Shown here piece by piece: positions 9,899 to 19,241 of a DNA stretch of 64,000 nt. Position 1 is the stretch's first letter, and each line of letters opens with the position of its first letter. The DNA comes from Sedimentisphaerales bacterium (GTDB lineage Bacteria > Planctomycetota > Phycisphaerae > Sedimentisphaerales > Anaerobacaceae). The stretch spans positions 928,001 through 992,000 of the forward strand of contig OY970194.1 of the NCBI GenBank assembly GCA_963708075.1, in the 5' to 3' direction. The translations under genes were made by a program, and so were the position numbers. Under the pieces are notes generated by a model, which saw only the letters and a program-made list of their open reading frames with translations, made no database searches and had not been told where the DNA came from.

Positions 9899-9954
9899 TT
9901 CTCTTGGATTGAAGGTCAATTTGGCAGGTGAATGATGGACTGGAGAGGAGTCCC

Positions 9955-11077
9955 ATGAATCTTGAGACTGAGGTTAGTCGCGAGCTCTGGCAGGCTGTTC
10001 GACGCAGCTATGGGTCGCAAGCTTGGTCCAACGCGGTTCTCGATTCGGTTCACTATCTGAGCGATGCGCTGCGAACGAAGACGGGTTTGCAGAGCGACGG
10101 CGTGGCACTGGTCGGCCAGGCATTAGGCGGGAGTGTCCCGAAGCTCAGGCTCAACCGTCTTCAGACCGAGTCAGAGAAGAGCGTCCAGGGCGGAGTCGAA
10201 CAACTTCTTCGCGGGGTGTACCAAGCCATCAGAAATCCGCAGCCACGAGCGTATCGAAGACAGGCAGGTTGACGCGGATGCCATCATCCTCTTTGTCGAT
10301 TACCTTCTGAGGGTGATTGGACACGCTCGCTCGGCGTTTTCGATCGATGAGTGCGTCGGGCGTGTCGTGGAAGAGAACTTCGTGCCAAGCGAACGATATG
10401 CAGGACTCTTGATTGAGGAAATCCCGAATCGCCAACGTTTGCAGGTGGCCTTGGCCGTGTACCAGAGGAAATTGGAAGCGGACGGGCGAAAGCTCCGGTA
10501 CTTCTTTGACGCCATCGTCTCAAAGCTGGCAGAAGAAGACTTGGGAGAACTCTTCCATGCGATCTCCGTTGACCTCCGGGAAAGCTCTGATGAGGATACT
10601 CTCCGGTGCGTGCTCCAGGCACTCAGTCCGGAGTGCTGGTCACGAATTGACGAGGCTGCGCGACTGCGAACCGAGAATCGAATCATCCAAGACCTTCGAG
10701 ATGGACGATACCTGCGCGAGGCTGACAAATGTCAGGCTGGAGCGATGGCGACTTGGTCCCGAAGCTTCTGGCCTTACTTTACCCTCAAGCAGGAAGTGAT
10801 GCAGACGATAATTGAAAAGCTGCGATCTACAAGCGTCGAAAGTCAAGACTATGCTTTGATGTATTGTTTCGGTGCCTTGGATCGTGTTGCAGACAAGCCG
10901 CCAGCATCACTTCAGACGATTCTGGCGGAGCGGCTCGAAGCTGGGGATACTCGCTTCAAGGAGGCTCTCGATGCCTCATCTCTTTGGTTCGACGGTGAAT
11001 GGGATGAGCGTGTGAAGAAAGCAATTGAGTCATTTCAGCCACGTGGCATAGTGCCTGATGAGGATATCCCTTTTTAA
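9955..11077 (+). CDS. TIGR02391-like protein with helical C-terminal domain; frameshift near 10240
   Basis: DGVALVGQALGG...PKLRLNRLQTESEKSVQ.G...GVYQAIRNP continues as SHE in another frame; GAGGAG ribosome-binding site. Confidence 0.75.
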
Positions 11078-11450
11078 GCCGAGATGAAGACTTGGAGATA
11101 CTTGGGACGGGGGTTAGGTTTCTCGGGGCCGGGGGCCGTGTCTTGATTATTCATTATCGGTGCCGGGATCGAATTGACACCCTATCGCAGACTTGGGCCT
11201 GGTGTGCGGAGCGGCTCGTAGCGTCTATTGCCAAATCCGGGAGGACGTGGGGTCAACTCTTGGCACTTGACAGACTCATAAGGCGTGGGGCGCACACCGA
11301 GTCCCCTCGACCCGGAAAGCCCTCCCAAAGCAATGCCGGACACGAATAATGAACAATTAGAATGCGACCCGGAGAACCCAGGGGAGAAGCGTAGACACCC
11401 GCGCCAGATACGGCATACACTGTAGCGGCGCATTGCTAACGGATCACACC

Positions 11451-11840
11451 TCAGGATTTGTAGACAACCTCCGTCGCTTGATGTCTTGCGGCGTATGCTC
11501 CAAAGTGTTCTCGCGCGACGGCTTCGCAGCTCCTCGATTTCAGGAACACGAATGCATCCTTCCGACCCTTTTCTTCGATATCGTAGAACCCCTCTTTTAC
11601 CAGGAGTATGGCTCTCGTACGGTTGACCGAGATCAATCCCAGAAGCTTGGTCTGCTCCTGCTCTTCGACCGTCAGATGCGGATAGCCGGCAGGCGTGTCT
11701 GTTGAAGCATTTGGGGGCGGCTCTACTCTTGCGATGACGAGCTTGCCCTTGTACGTGCGGGAGTTTTCAAGATCCACGACGATTCTCTCCACCACAGCCC
11801 TGAGGTCGTCATTCTGCGATTGACTCTGAATGGTCTTCAT
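11451..11840 (-). CDS. Hypothetical protein
   Basis: Protein-like ORF; GGAGAG upstream of ATG at 11840. Confidence 0.55.
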   Translation of the reverse strand: MKTIQSQSQNDDLRAVVERIVVDLENSRTYKGKLVIARVEPPPNASTDTPAGYPHLTVEEQEQTKLLGLISVNRTRAILLVKEGFYDIEEKGRKDAFVFLKSRSCEAVAREHFGAYAARHQATEVVYKS

Positions 11841-11867
11841 GAATATCTCTCCAGACATAGGGCCTGC

Positions 11868-12206
11868 TCAGCTATGAGCGGCCCTCACCGCAAACAGGTG
11901 CCCCATCAGATGCGCGAGTACCCATACCGCTACCGCACAGAGGGTCAAGATGATAGAATATCTACGCCAGTGAGTCATGGACGCAGGTCCGCCAGTCCCC
12001 GTGCATCCGCCGAGAAACCTGATGTCCATGTATCGGATCAGTACCAGGCTTACCAGGGCGATCCAGAAGACCCAATCGGCCGTTTGGAAAAAAACGCCCC
12101 CATTGTGAAAAATGAAGATCGCACAGAACGCGAGAAGAACGTTGCCAAGGAGCATCCACCAGAGCCTCACGGCCATTCCGAGTGGCGTGCTTTGCTTATC
12201 TCCCAT
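11868..12206 (-). CDS. Hypothetical membrane protein (3 TM)
   Basis: Three clear hydrophobic segments; start codon uncertain. Confidence 0.65.
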   Translation of the reverse strand: MGDKQSTPLGMAVRLWWMLLGNVLLAFCAIFIFHNGGVFFQTADWVFWIALVSLVLIRYMDIRFLGGCTGTGGPASMTHWRRYSIILTLCAVAVWVLAHLMGHLFAVRAAHS

Positions 12207-12608
12207 TTGGCCTTCGGGTGCAGGCATAAACCATCTCCCAACAATCACAATCTTGAGATTGACTGGCAGATGGCGGCCCGACCATCCCAACGCGCCTGCG
12301 AGGTCTGGATGAACCTCGCACCCTTTGAAGAATCACCCTACAGAGATGGAACCCTCATGTCAACAGCAATTTGCACTATGATGTCTGCTGGGACGTTACA
12401 AGCAGAGCAAGAAGACACCTGATCATCAGCGGCAGGGGCCGTGTCTTCACTGTTCATTGTCTGCGCCGTAGGTATATTGACGCCTTTTCGTGAGCTTGGG
12501 CCGGTGTCCACAGCACGCCCGAGTTCTTGGACCCTGACGATTCCCGGATCATCCGCATGGGCTAAAAGCCCATCCTGCATGCTGCAAGGAAGGCCTTGAG
12601 CCTCTTAT

Positions 12609-12663
12609 GTAGGTCGTGCGTCCCCGCGCCACAGGAGGGCGAGCGCCCGTTGCTCGCCCTACG
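12609..12663. repeat. Degenerate GTAGG...CCTAC REP-like element
   Basis: GTAGGTCGTGCGTCCCCGCG...GCTCGCCCTACG, related to 1529-1607. Confidence 0.55.
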
Positions 12664-12728
12664 CGGCGCAGCCGTGCCCATGCCACGAAAGTAAGCCGCA
12701 CACCTGTCCCTGTGCAAAAAAGCAGGGC

Positions 12729-12757
12729 TGTAAGTCCCTGGGCCACAGGGGGTTACA
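12729..12757. promoter_or_regulatory. 11-7-11 imperfect palindrome, possible protein-binding or recombination site
   Basis: TGTAAGTCCCT-GGGCCAC-AGGGGGTTACA; 9 of 11 arm positions complementary. Confidence 0.4.
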
Positions 12758-12882
12758 AGTATTGTCCCTATCTAACAGAAATTCCTGTAACATTCTGCCC
12801 TCCGGGAGCGTCTATTCTGTATGGTCGTATGGCCATTGTACATCCGGTGGGGCCGCGCCCGGGCAGGCCTGCGGCCATGTTC

Positions 12883-12910
12883 AAATCAAAAATCAAACAT
12901 CAAAAATCAT
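12883..12910. repeat. Heptamer tandem repeat (AAATCAA)x4
   Basis: AAATCAA AAATCAA ACATCAA AAATCAT, just before GGAGG. Confidence 0.75.
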
Positions 12911-12928
12911 AGATTCCGGAGGTTTCCC

Positions 12929-14128
12929 ATGGGTAGCCAGGCACGAGTCGCCGCCAACCGTCGTAACGCCGCCAAATCCACCGGACCCCGCACCACAGAG
13001 GGCAAGGCCGTCGTGGCGCAGAACGCCGTCAAGCATGGCCTGTGGGCCCGCCAGGCCGTGCTCAGGAACGAAGATTCGCAGGAATTCGAGCTGCACCGCA
13101 GCCGGATGCTCCGGAAGCTGGACCCGGATGGGCCGGAGCAGGAGGCGATGGCGGAACGCATCGTCGGTCTCTGGTGGCGGCTCAAACGGGCCGAACGCAT
13201 GCAGGATGAGGCCCTCGATTATCTGATCGAGGCGGATCGCGGCAGCGACTGGGTCAAGTGCTGCCGGGAGGACGGCGATCCATCGGCCAGGGCGGCGATG
13301 AGCTTCGGCCGGGCGGTCGCGCGAGACTTCGCCGAGACAAGGACCCTCGACCGGCTGACGATGCACGAACGCCGGATCGAGAGCAGCCTGTACAGGACGA
13401 TGAAAGAGCTTCGGCTGGTCCGGCGGGAGCAAGAAGGGCAGGACGGGCACGGGGCATCGAGTTCGCACAATGTGAGGAATCACGACGGGTGGCAGCGGCA
13501 AGCGCAGCCTGCGGAGCTTGCCGATGGTGTTGGGCTGCATCCTGACGCCATCGGCAAGCCTGCGCTTGCCGCTGCCACCCGGCAGGGGACGAGCGATTCT
13601 GCGAAACAAAGCCAATTCGAGGCGCCTCAGGAAGACCATCGCCAAGCTTCGCTTGACGCTGCCACCCGGGAGGGGACGAGCGATTGTGTGAAACAAAGCC
13701 AATTCGAGGAGCCACAGGAAGACCATCGCCAAGCTGCGCTTGACGCTGCCACCCAGCAGGGGACGAGCGATTCTGTGAAACAAAGCCAATTCGAGGCGCC
13801 TCAGGAAGACCATCGCCAAGCTTCGCTTGACGCTGCCACCCGGGAGGGGACGAGCGATTGTGTGAAACAAAGCCAATTTGAGGCGCCTCAGGAAGACCAT
13901 CGCCAAGCTTCGCTTGACGCTGCCACCCAGCAGGGGACGAGCGATTCTGTGAAACAAAGCCAATTTGGGGCGGCGGAAGGCGGGCACTGTCCACCCTGCA
14001 GAACTGCGAACGGGGACGGCAACGCGAAACAAAGCCAATGCCGTAAGCCGGCCGCGGGTGCCGGCGCTATGCTGCGGCCTCGGCCACGGGTCGCATACCA
14101 CTGCCATGACATCGCCCGCTCGTATTGA
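12929..14128 (+). CDS. ANRRNA-motif hypothetical protein with a repeat-derived C-terminal half
   Basis: GGAGG then ATG at 12929; ANRRNAAKSTGPRTTEGK..QNAVKHGL N-terminus; helical domain ending ERRIESSLYRTMKELR; then reads through repeats. Confidence 0.75.
   Translation: MGSQARVAANRRNAAKSTGPRTTEGKAVVAQNAVKHGLWARQAVLRNEDSQEFELHRSRMLRKLDPDGPEQEAMAERIVGLWWRLKRAERMQDEALDYLIEADRGSDWVKCCREDGDPSARAAMSFGRAVARDFAETRTLDRLTMHERRIESSLYRTMKELRLVRREQEGQDGHGASSSHNVRNHDGWQRQAQPAELADGVGLHPDAIGKPALAAATRQGTSDSAKQSQFEAPQEDHRQASLDAATREGTSDCVKQSQFEEPQEDHRQAALDAATQQGTSDSVKQSQFEAPQEDHRQASLDAATREGTSDCVKQSQFEAPQEDHRQASLDAATQQGTSDSVKQSQFGAAEGGHCPPCRTANGDGNAKQSQCRKPAAGAGAMLRPRPRVAYHCHDIARSY
13487..13580. repeat. REP-like family A, full copy in frame inside the CDS
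   Basis: Inverted-orientation homolog of 1349-1442; translates as GWQRQAQPAELADG...IGKPALAAATR. Confidence 0.85.
13583..13966 (+). repeat. 87-bp tandem repeat x4.4 with an ABABA higher-order pattern
   Basis: Units start at 13583, 13670, 13757, 13844 and 13931; each full unit has GAAACAAAGCCAATT plus CCATCGCCAAGCT(T/G)CGCTTGACGCTGCCACCC. Confidence 0.95.
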
Positions 14129-14220
14129 TCGCCGGGAAGGACCGGCAACGCGGTTCGAATCCGCCACCGAGTGCCGGGCGCACCCCATGTCAGTGTGCCT
14201 GTAAAGACAACCTGGCAGTC

Positions 14221-14313
14221 GGGTGGCAGCGGCATGCGGAGAGCAGCGGAGCTTGCCGATGGTGTTGGGCAATTGAGGAGCCAGCGGCAAGCCGGCGCTT
14301 GCCGCTGCCACCC
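14221..14313. repeat. REP-like family A copy
   Basis: GGGTGGCAGCGGCA...TGCCGCTGCCACCC; preceded by a family C half at about 14152-14185. Confidence 0.85.
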
Positions 14314-14552
14314 GGAACAGTGCCCGAAGACTTGCACAGACCCTATGTCAGCGGGGAGCGGCTTTGCGTTCTGGGGGGGACTGTGTTATGCTCTTGCTGG
14401 AAAATAGGAAATGGCATCCTGTTGAAAGGGATTTCCATGGAGCATAGGAGAAGTGGCTGGGGTGCGAGCAGGGGGCAGCGGTATCAGAAGCTTGGCATGC
14501 CGCTGGATGAGACGGTGAATGTCAAGTAAGCAGCGATGGTTAGTGAGCGTGC

Positions 14553-15479
14553 ATGATAGTCATCAAGGTTGATAAGATAAGTAAGTCGTTCGGCAAGGTC
14601 GGTGCGGTGTGCGACCTGAGCTTCGAGGTCGAGGAGGGCACCTGCTTCGGGCTTCTGGGGCCGAACGGGGCGGGCAAGACGACCATGATGAAGATGGTCT
14701 ACGGCCGCAGCCGGCGGAATGATCATGACGGCGGGATCATCGACATCTTCGGCTACGACCCGGCACGCGATGAGCTGGCGATCAAGGCGCTCTCCGGCGT
14801 CGTGCCCCAGGAGAACAACCTCGACGAGGAGCTCAACGTCATCCAGAACCTGATGATCTACTCGAAGTTCTACGGCCTGTCGGCCAAGGTGGCCCGGGAG
14901 CGGATCGAGGTGCTCCTCGATTTCCTGGAGCTCTCCGAGAAGATCCGTGCGAGGATCAAGGAACTGTCGGGCGGAATGCAGCGGCGGCTGGTCATCGCCC
15001 GTGCCCTGTTGAACAATCCCAAGCTGCTCATCCTCGACGAGCCGACCACCGGCCTGGACCCACAGGTCCGCCACCTCATCTGGGACAAGCTCCGGCAGCT
15101 CCGGGCCCAGGGAACCACCATCCTGCTGACCACCCACTACATGGAAGAGGCGTTCCAGATCTGCGACAGGGTCCTGATCATGGATAAGGGCAAGAGGGTC
15201 CTGGAGGACGATCCGCACAAGCTGCTGGCGGAAAACATCGAGGCCTACGTCATGGAGGTGCCGATCACGAATGGCACGCCGGTCATCCATGAGTCCGACC
15301 TGCCCGAGAGCGTCCGCCTGGACCGGACCGAGGGCACCATGCGGTTCTACGCAGATGGAATTGATCAGCTCAAAGGCATGGCCGACAAGCTCTCCGGCCA
15401 GAACTATTACCTGAGGCAATCGACGCTCGAAGACGTATTCCTCAAGACGACCGGGAGGATGCTCAATGAAAAGCAGTAG
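14553..15479 (+). CDS. ABC-2 exporter ATP-binding protein (NodI-like)
   Basis: GPNGAGKT, LSGGM, LILDEPTTGLD and TTHYMEEA motifs. Confidence 0.92.
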   Translation: MIVIKVDKISKSFGKVGAVCDLSFEVEEGTCFGLLGPNGAGKTTMMKMVYGRSRRNDHDGGIIDIFGYDPARDELAIKALSGVVPQENNLDEELNVIQNLMIYSKFYGLSAKVARERIEVLLDFLELSEKIRARIKELSGGMQRRLVIARALLNNPKLLILDEPTTGLDPQVRHLIWDKLRQLRAQGTTILLTTHYMEEAFQICDRVLIMDKGKRVLEDDPHKLLAENIEAYVMEVPITNGTPVIHESDLPESVRLDRTEGTMRFYADGIDQLKGMADKLSGQNYYLRQSTLEDVFLKTTGRMLNEKQ

Positions 15480-16257
15480 CCCGGTTGCCTATCCGTCGCT
15501 GGCCCAGAGGCTCTTCAGCGTCTGGTACCGGCACGTTCGCGTGTACACGAAGAACCTGGTCAGCAACGGCCTGCCGCCGTTTCTGGAGCCGCTGCTGTTC
15601 CTGGCGGGCGTCGGACTGGGCCTGGGCAAGTATATCACGGAGAGCATGGACGGGCTCTCGTACATCGATTTCCTCGGGACCGGCCTGCTGGTCACTGCCG
15701 CGATGTTCACGGCCGCCTACGAATGCACCTTCGGCACGTTCATCCGCCTGGAGTTTGAGAAGGTCTATGACGGCATGCTCGCGGCGCCGATCACCGTCAA
15801 CGACCTGATCATCGGAGAGATCATCTGGGCGGGCACCAAGGGCCTGTTCTTCACGTTCGCCGTCCTGTGCATCCTGACGCTCTTCGGGATCATCCATCTG
15901 CCGGAGGGCCTGCTTGCTCCGCTGGTCGGCTTTCTCACGGGCCTGATGTTCGGGACCCTGTCGCTGTGGATCACGTCGTTCGTCAAGACGATCAACCACT
16001 TCAATTTCTACCTCACGGGCATCATCTCGCCGATGTTCTTCTTCTCCGGGGTGGTCTTTCCGATCAGCAACCTGCCGCCGTCCGTGCGGTTCATCGCCGA
16101 GATCGTGCCGCTGACGCATTCGGTCCGCCTGGCGAGAGCCGTAAGCACAAACCATTATCAACTCTCCCTGCTGGCCGACCTGCTCTATATCGCCGTATTC
16201 ATTGCGATCACCGGCTGGCTGGCCATCCGGCGTCTCAGAAAGCGGCTGATCACCTGA
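15466..16257 (+). CDS. ABC-2 exporter permease (NodJ-like)
   Basis: Six TM helices; EPLLFL, PMFFFSGVVFP and PLTH motifs. Confidence 0.9.
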   Translation: MKSSSPVAYPSLAQRLFSVWYRHVRVYTKNLVSNGLPPFLEPLLFLAGVGLGLGKYITESMDGLSYIDFLGTGLLVTAAMFTAAYECTFGTFIRLEFEKVYDGMLAAPITVNDLIIGEIIWAGTKGLFFTFAVLCILTLFGIIHLPEGLLAPLVGFLTGLMFGTLSLWITSFVKTINHFNFYLTGIISPMFFFSGVVFPISNLPPSVRFIAEIVPLTHSVRLARAVSTNHYQLSLLADLLYIAVFIAITGWLAIRRLRKRLIT

Positions 16258-16268
16258 GCGACTTAGAG

Positions 16269-16522
16269 GTGGAGTTTTGCAGAACGGAAGTTGGGCTTAC
16301 TTGGGGAAGGAAAAATGGGCTTTTCATTTTTCCTTCTCCATCAACAGACGCCAAGGGTGCATGATACGTACACTGGGAAGCGATCGGAGATTGCCTTGCT
16401 ACACGCGGCAAGACAGACCTGCGCGGGGTGCGCAACACGCACGAACCACTTGTCGATTCAAGGAAATCCCAAAGCGGATTTCCTTGAATGATAAGCCCAA
16501 CTTCCATTCTGCAAAACTCCAC
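16269..16522. mobile_element. MITE-like element, copy 1 (254 bp)
   Basis: 31-bp terminal IR GTGGAGTTTTGCAGAA(C/T)GGAAGTTGGGCTTA; internal hairpin ATTCAAGGAAATC..GATTTCCTTGAAT; homolog at 48387. Confidence 0.8.
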
Positions 16523-16553
16523 TCAGAGGTTTCAACGGGATGCGTCTCACTAT

Positions 16554-16643
16554 GTCACCCCCGCGCAGGCGGGGGTCCACGGCGATGCGTTTCTGGATTC
16601 CCGCCCCCGATCAGGTCGAGGGCAGGCTCTGCGCGGGAATGAC
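16554..16643. repeat. REP-like element, family D (GTCA..CCCGCGCAGGCGGG..TCCA...TGGATTCCCGC..GCGGGAATGAC)
   Basis: Double-hairpin structure; related copy at 61030. Confidence 0.75.
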
Positions 16644-16654
16644 ATGGAAGCAGT

Positions 16655-16748
16655 GGGTGGCAGCGGCGAGCGCCGGCTTGTCGATGGCTCTCACATGCGG
16701 CCGAACACCATCGGCAAGCTTCGCAGACTCCGCTTGCCGCTGCCACCC
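16655..16748. repeat. REP-like family A copy
   Basis: Same orientation as 1349-1442. Confidence 0.85.
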
Positions 16749-16868
16749 ATCTTTGGGACGGCGGAGAATCTTTGCGGGCACTGCCGGAATGTGCGCGGCC
16801 GCGAGATTTCTTCTTCTTTTCCTGCGACAGGTTGCTAAGATGAGCGGCTAAGGAATCAGGGTCGCATT

Positions 16869-17345
16869 ATGGCACAGATAATCTTGTCGAGTCACGAGCT
16901 CATCCACATCCTGCAGGCGAACGCGCGCATCCCGGAGCAGATCATAGATATCGCGGCCGATGATGGGGAGATCAAGCTGAAAGTCAAAACCGACTGGCCG
17001 ATTGTGAAGTCGATCCGCGTGGGAATGAGATTTGCGGGGTTTGACAACGGCTGCCTGGTTCTGCAGCTTGCGACGAACCTGCTGACGGACAAGTTCAACT
17101 GGCTTGTGGACAGGATGATCGAGCCGCTGCGGCTGGAGGAGCATGGCGGCCGATGGGAATATCCCCGGCTGTACGTCGATGTCAATCGGTTGATCCAGCG
17201 GCAGCTTCGCGGCGTGGCCGTCGAGAATATCAGCTTTCAGGACGGCCTCTTCCACATCACCACGACGCACACGAATTCCACCGGCAATAACGGGGATTCC
17301 CATGTACAGGAGGACGTCAGCGCCTCCCACCCCTCATCTGTCTGA
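16869..17345 (+). CDS. Hypothetical protein
   Basis: 158-aa ORF with typical codon usage. Confidence 0.7.
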   Translation: MAQIILSSHELIHILQANARIPEQIIDIAADDGEIKLKVKTDWPIVKSIRVGMRFAGFDNGCLVLQLATNLLTDKFNWLVDRMIEPLRLEEHGGRWEYPRLYVDVNRLIQRQLRGVAVENISFQDGLFHITTTHTNSTGNNGDSHVQEDVSASHPSSV

Positions 17346-17472
17346 GCAGGCGAAGGTCAGGTCATCGTGGTATGGGCATCTTGCCCATGAGTCGCAGGAC
17401 CATCTTGACCCTGCCTTTACCGGCGAGACGCCCGTGCAGAATGAAGAGGGCAGTCGGATCGCCGGCCGACGG

Positions 17473-17510
17473 AAACAGAAAAGGGACGGGTCCCTAACGC
17501 CGTCCCTTCT
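17473..17510 (-). terminator. Intrinsic terminator
   Basis: AAGGGACGG/CCGTCCCTT stem followed by a T-rich tail on the minus strand; lies between convergent genes. Confidence 0.6.
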
Positions 17511-17616
17511 GCCTTGATGCTCTGATTGGGCCACCATCTGGGGATGGCCCTCGATGGATCCATCGTTCGATTCAGCTTGTACGCCCGCCCGAACCGCACC
17601 GTTGAGGCGATCGCCG

Positions 17617-18063
17617 CTATCGCGGCCGGACCCGGACCGTCACCGTAGCCACATGCACGTTCACGCTTCCGCCGGGTTGCCCGTTCAGGTTGGCGTTGGT
17701 CAACGTGACGCACAACCTGGCAACGCCGTACGGCGGATCGATGGCCGCATTGGTCATGTTGGCCGTGTACGTGCCTCCTACGGCCCCGGTAGCAGCGATC
17801 GTGCAGTCCATGAGCAGGGCGAAGTTGGTCCTCACCCGCACGTTGATACATCCTTCGTATCTGGACAACGTGACCGGCAGTAGCTTGATCACATCGCCCT
17901 GGTTGAGGATCTCCATCCAGTACCCGACGTCCATCACAACGGGATACGACGTCACTTCGAGGGGCACGAACTGGGTGGGCCAGTTATTGGTTCCGATTTG
18001 CCCCGCTTGCAGGCTCGTTGCCAAAAGAACAACGGATGCCATGATAAATAGTCTTCGTAGCAT
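17617..18063 (-). CDS. Secreted beta-rich hypothetical protein
   Basis: AAAGGAG ribosome-binding site; signal peptide MLRRLFIMASVVLLATSLQA; alternating beta-strand pattern. Confidence 0.75.
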   Translation of the reverse strand: MLRRLFIMASVVLLATSLQAGQIGTNNWPTQFVPLEVTSYPVVMDVGYWMEILNQGDVIKLLPVTLSRYEGCINVRVRTNFALLMDCTIAATGAVGGTYTANMTNAAIDPPYGVARLCVTLTNANLNGQPGGSVNVHVATVTVRVRPR

Positions 18064-18356
18064 GTTCACTCCTTTCATCACTATCTGACCTTCACTCCTT
18101 AAAAGCCAGTCTGTTGGCTTGTCAGGCCATGCTGTCGCTGCAATCATGTGCGATATGCCGACTCGCCCCGCACAGAATCCGGCGCTTTCATCCCCGCACC
18201 GTTCTGACGTCATGGGCGCACGCCGCGTCGCGTACGTGACAGCCACAAGTTAACGCTCGGACCCTACACCTCCTTTCCCCCGGCCATGGAAGCCAAGTTC
18301 TTCACGTGGGCGCCAGGGGAGTAGGGCCTCCCCCGGCGCCGATCTCCATGAGCGAC

Positions 18357-18848
18357 TCAGCCCTCCATGACTGTTCGACCCACTTCGACGCGAGCGTTAC
18401 GAAACAGAAATGGAAGAGGTCGACTGCCGTGTGGGAACAGGAACTGCAGGGTGCAGTCGCAGCAGCGTGCCGGTTCGCGACACTGCCTGTCCGTCTTCCA
18501 TGATGCTCGCATACCGCACGGTTGAGACGGTACTGCGCGGTGTGAAACCACCGTACCATCCATGTGTTCAGCGTTTTCGCCTGGAGTCTGCGCATTCGGG
18601 TGTGAGACGGAGAGGGAGTTGGCCCAGCTCGCCTGCCATGTGGTTTCAGAGTCGTGCGCCCTGTACGAGGATAGAATCATCCATTGACTCGCACCGCGAT
18701 CGGGCAGCAAAGAGTCGAAACCCAACAGACAGGCCGTACCGTGTACTTGCACTTCAACCACCCCCATGGCGGACTGACGAGCCGGCCCTGCCTTGCGACA
18801 GGAATACGGCGCTCCGCGCACATCCGTGCACACCTTCCGCAAATCCAT
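18357..18848 (-). CDS. Possible hypothetical protein or degraded gene
   Basis: Strong GGAGGT 5 nt before ATG and an upstream promoter, but atypical amino-acid composition. Confidence 0.3.
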   Translation of the reverse strand: MDLRKVCTDVRGAPYSCRKAGPARQSAMGVVEVQVHGTACLLGFDSLLPDRGASQWMILSSYRAHDSETTWQASWANSLSVSHPNAQTPGENAEHMDGTVVSHRAVPSQPCGMRASWKTDRQCREPARCCDCTLQFLFPHGSRPLPFLFRNARVEVGRTVMEG

Positions 18849-19008
18849 TACTTACCTCCGTGTCACAGTTACGATGGATACCTCAGGCATCCATCTCCCT
18901 GTCCGAGGTGCAGACTCCACGCACCTTCATCCGTGAGAAGCGCACCGTCCCACCGGTGGCCTTTTGGCTTGGCCCTCCTCCAATGAGGGATCGCCAAATA
19001 CGGCTTCT

Positions 19009-19037
19009 TTGATACCCGCACGATCCGCAATTGTCAA
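19009..19037 (-). promoter_or_regulatory. Sigma70-type promoter
   Basis: TTGACA-17 nt-TATCAA on the minus strand. Confidence 0.5.
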
Positions 19038-19104
19038 GCGGAAAGTCCTAAAAATCCGATAAAATCTCCACACTATCGCTCTCGGGCGCGGCCTTCGAGT
19101 CGCC

Positions 19105-19182
19105 GAGTGACAGCATCAAGGCCGAAGGGCTTTATCGCATCCCAACAAAACCATCGCCAAGCTGCGCTTGACGCTGCCACCC
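19105..19182. repeat. REP-like family A variant, partly decayed
   Basis: Matches 44918-45004 (TCAAGGCCGAAGGGC...CCATCGCCAAGCTGCGCTTGACGCTGCCACCC). Confidence 0.75.
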
Positions 19183-19241
19183 GGAAACGCACCGTGCCCG
19201 ACAAAGAACTCAGTGGTAACGAGTGTCGGCGGTCGGGGTCA

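Noticed and set aside
11078..12430. Integron cassette array
   Set aside because: Only isolated GTTAGG and CTAAC words; no paired attC structure and no integrase.
13583..14040. CRISPR array
   Set aside because: The constant motif is only 14 bp, most spacers are near-identical, and there are no cas genes in the window.
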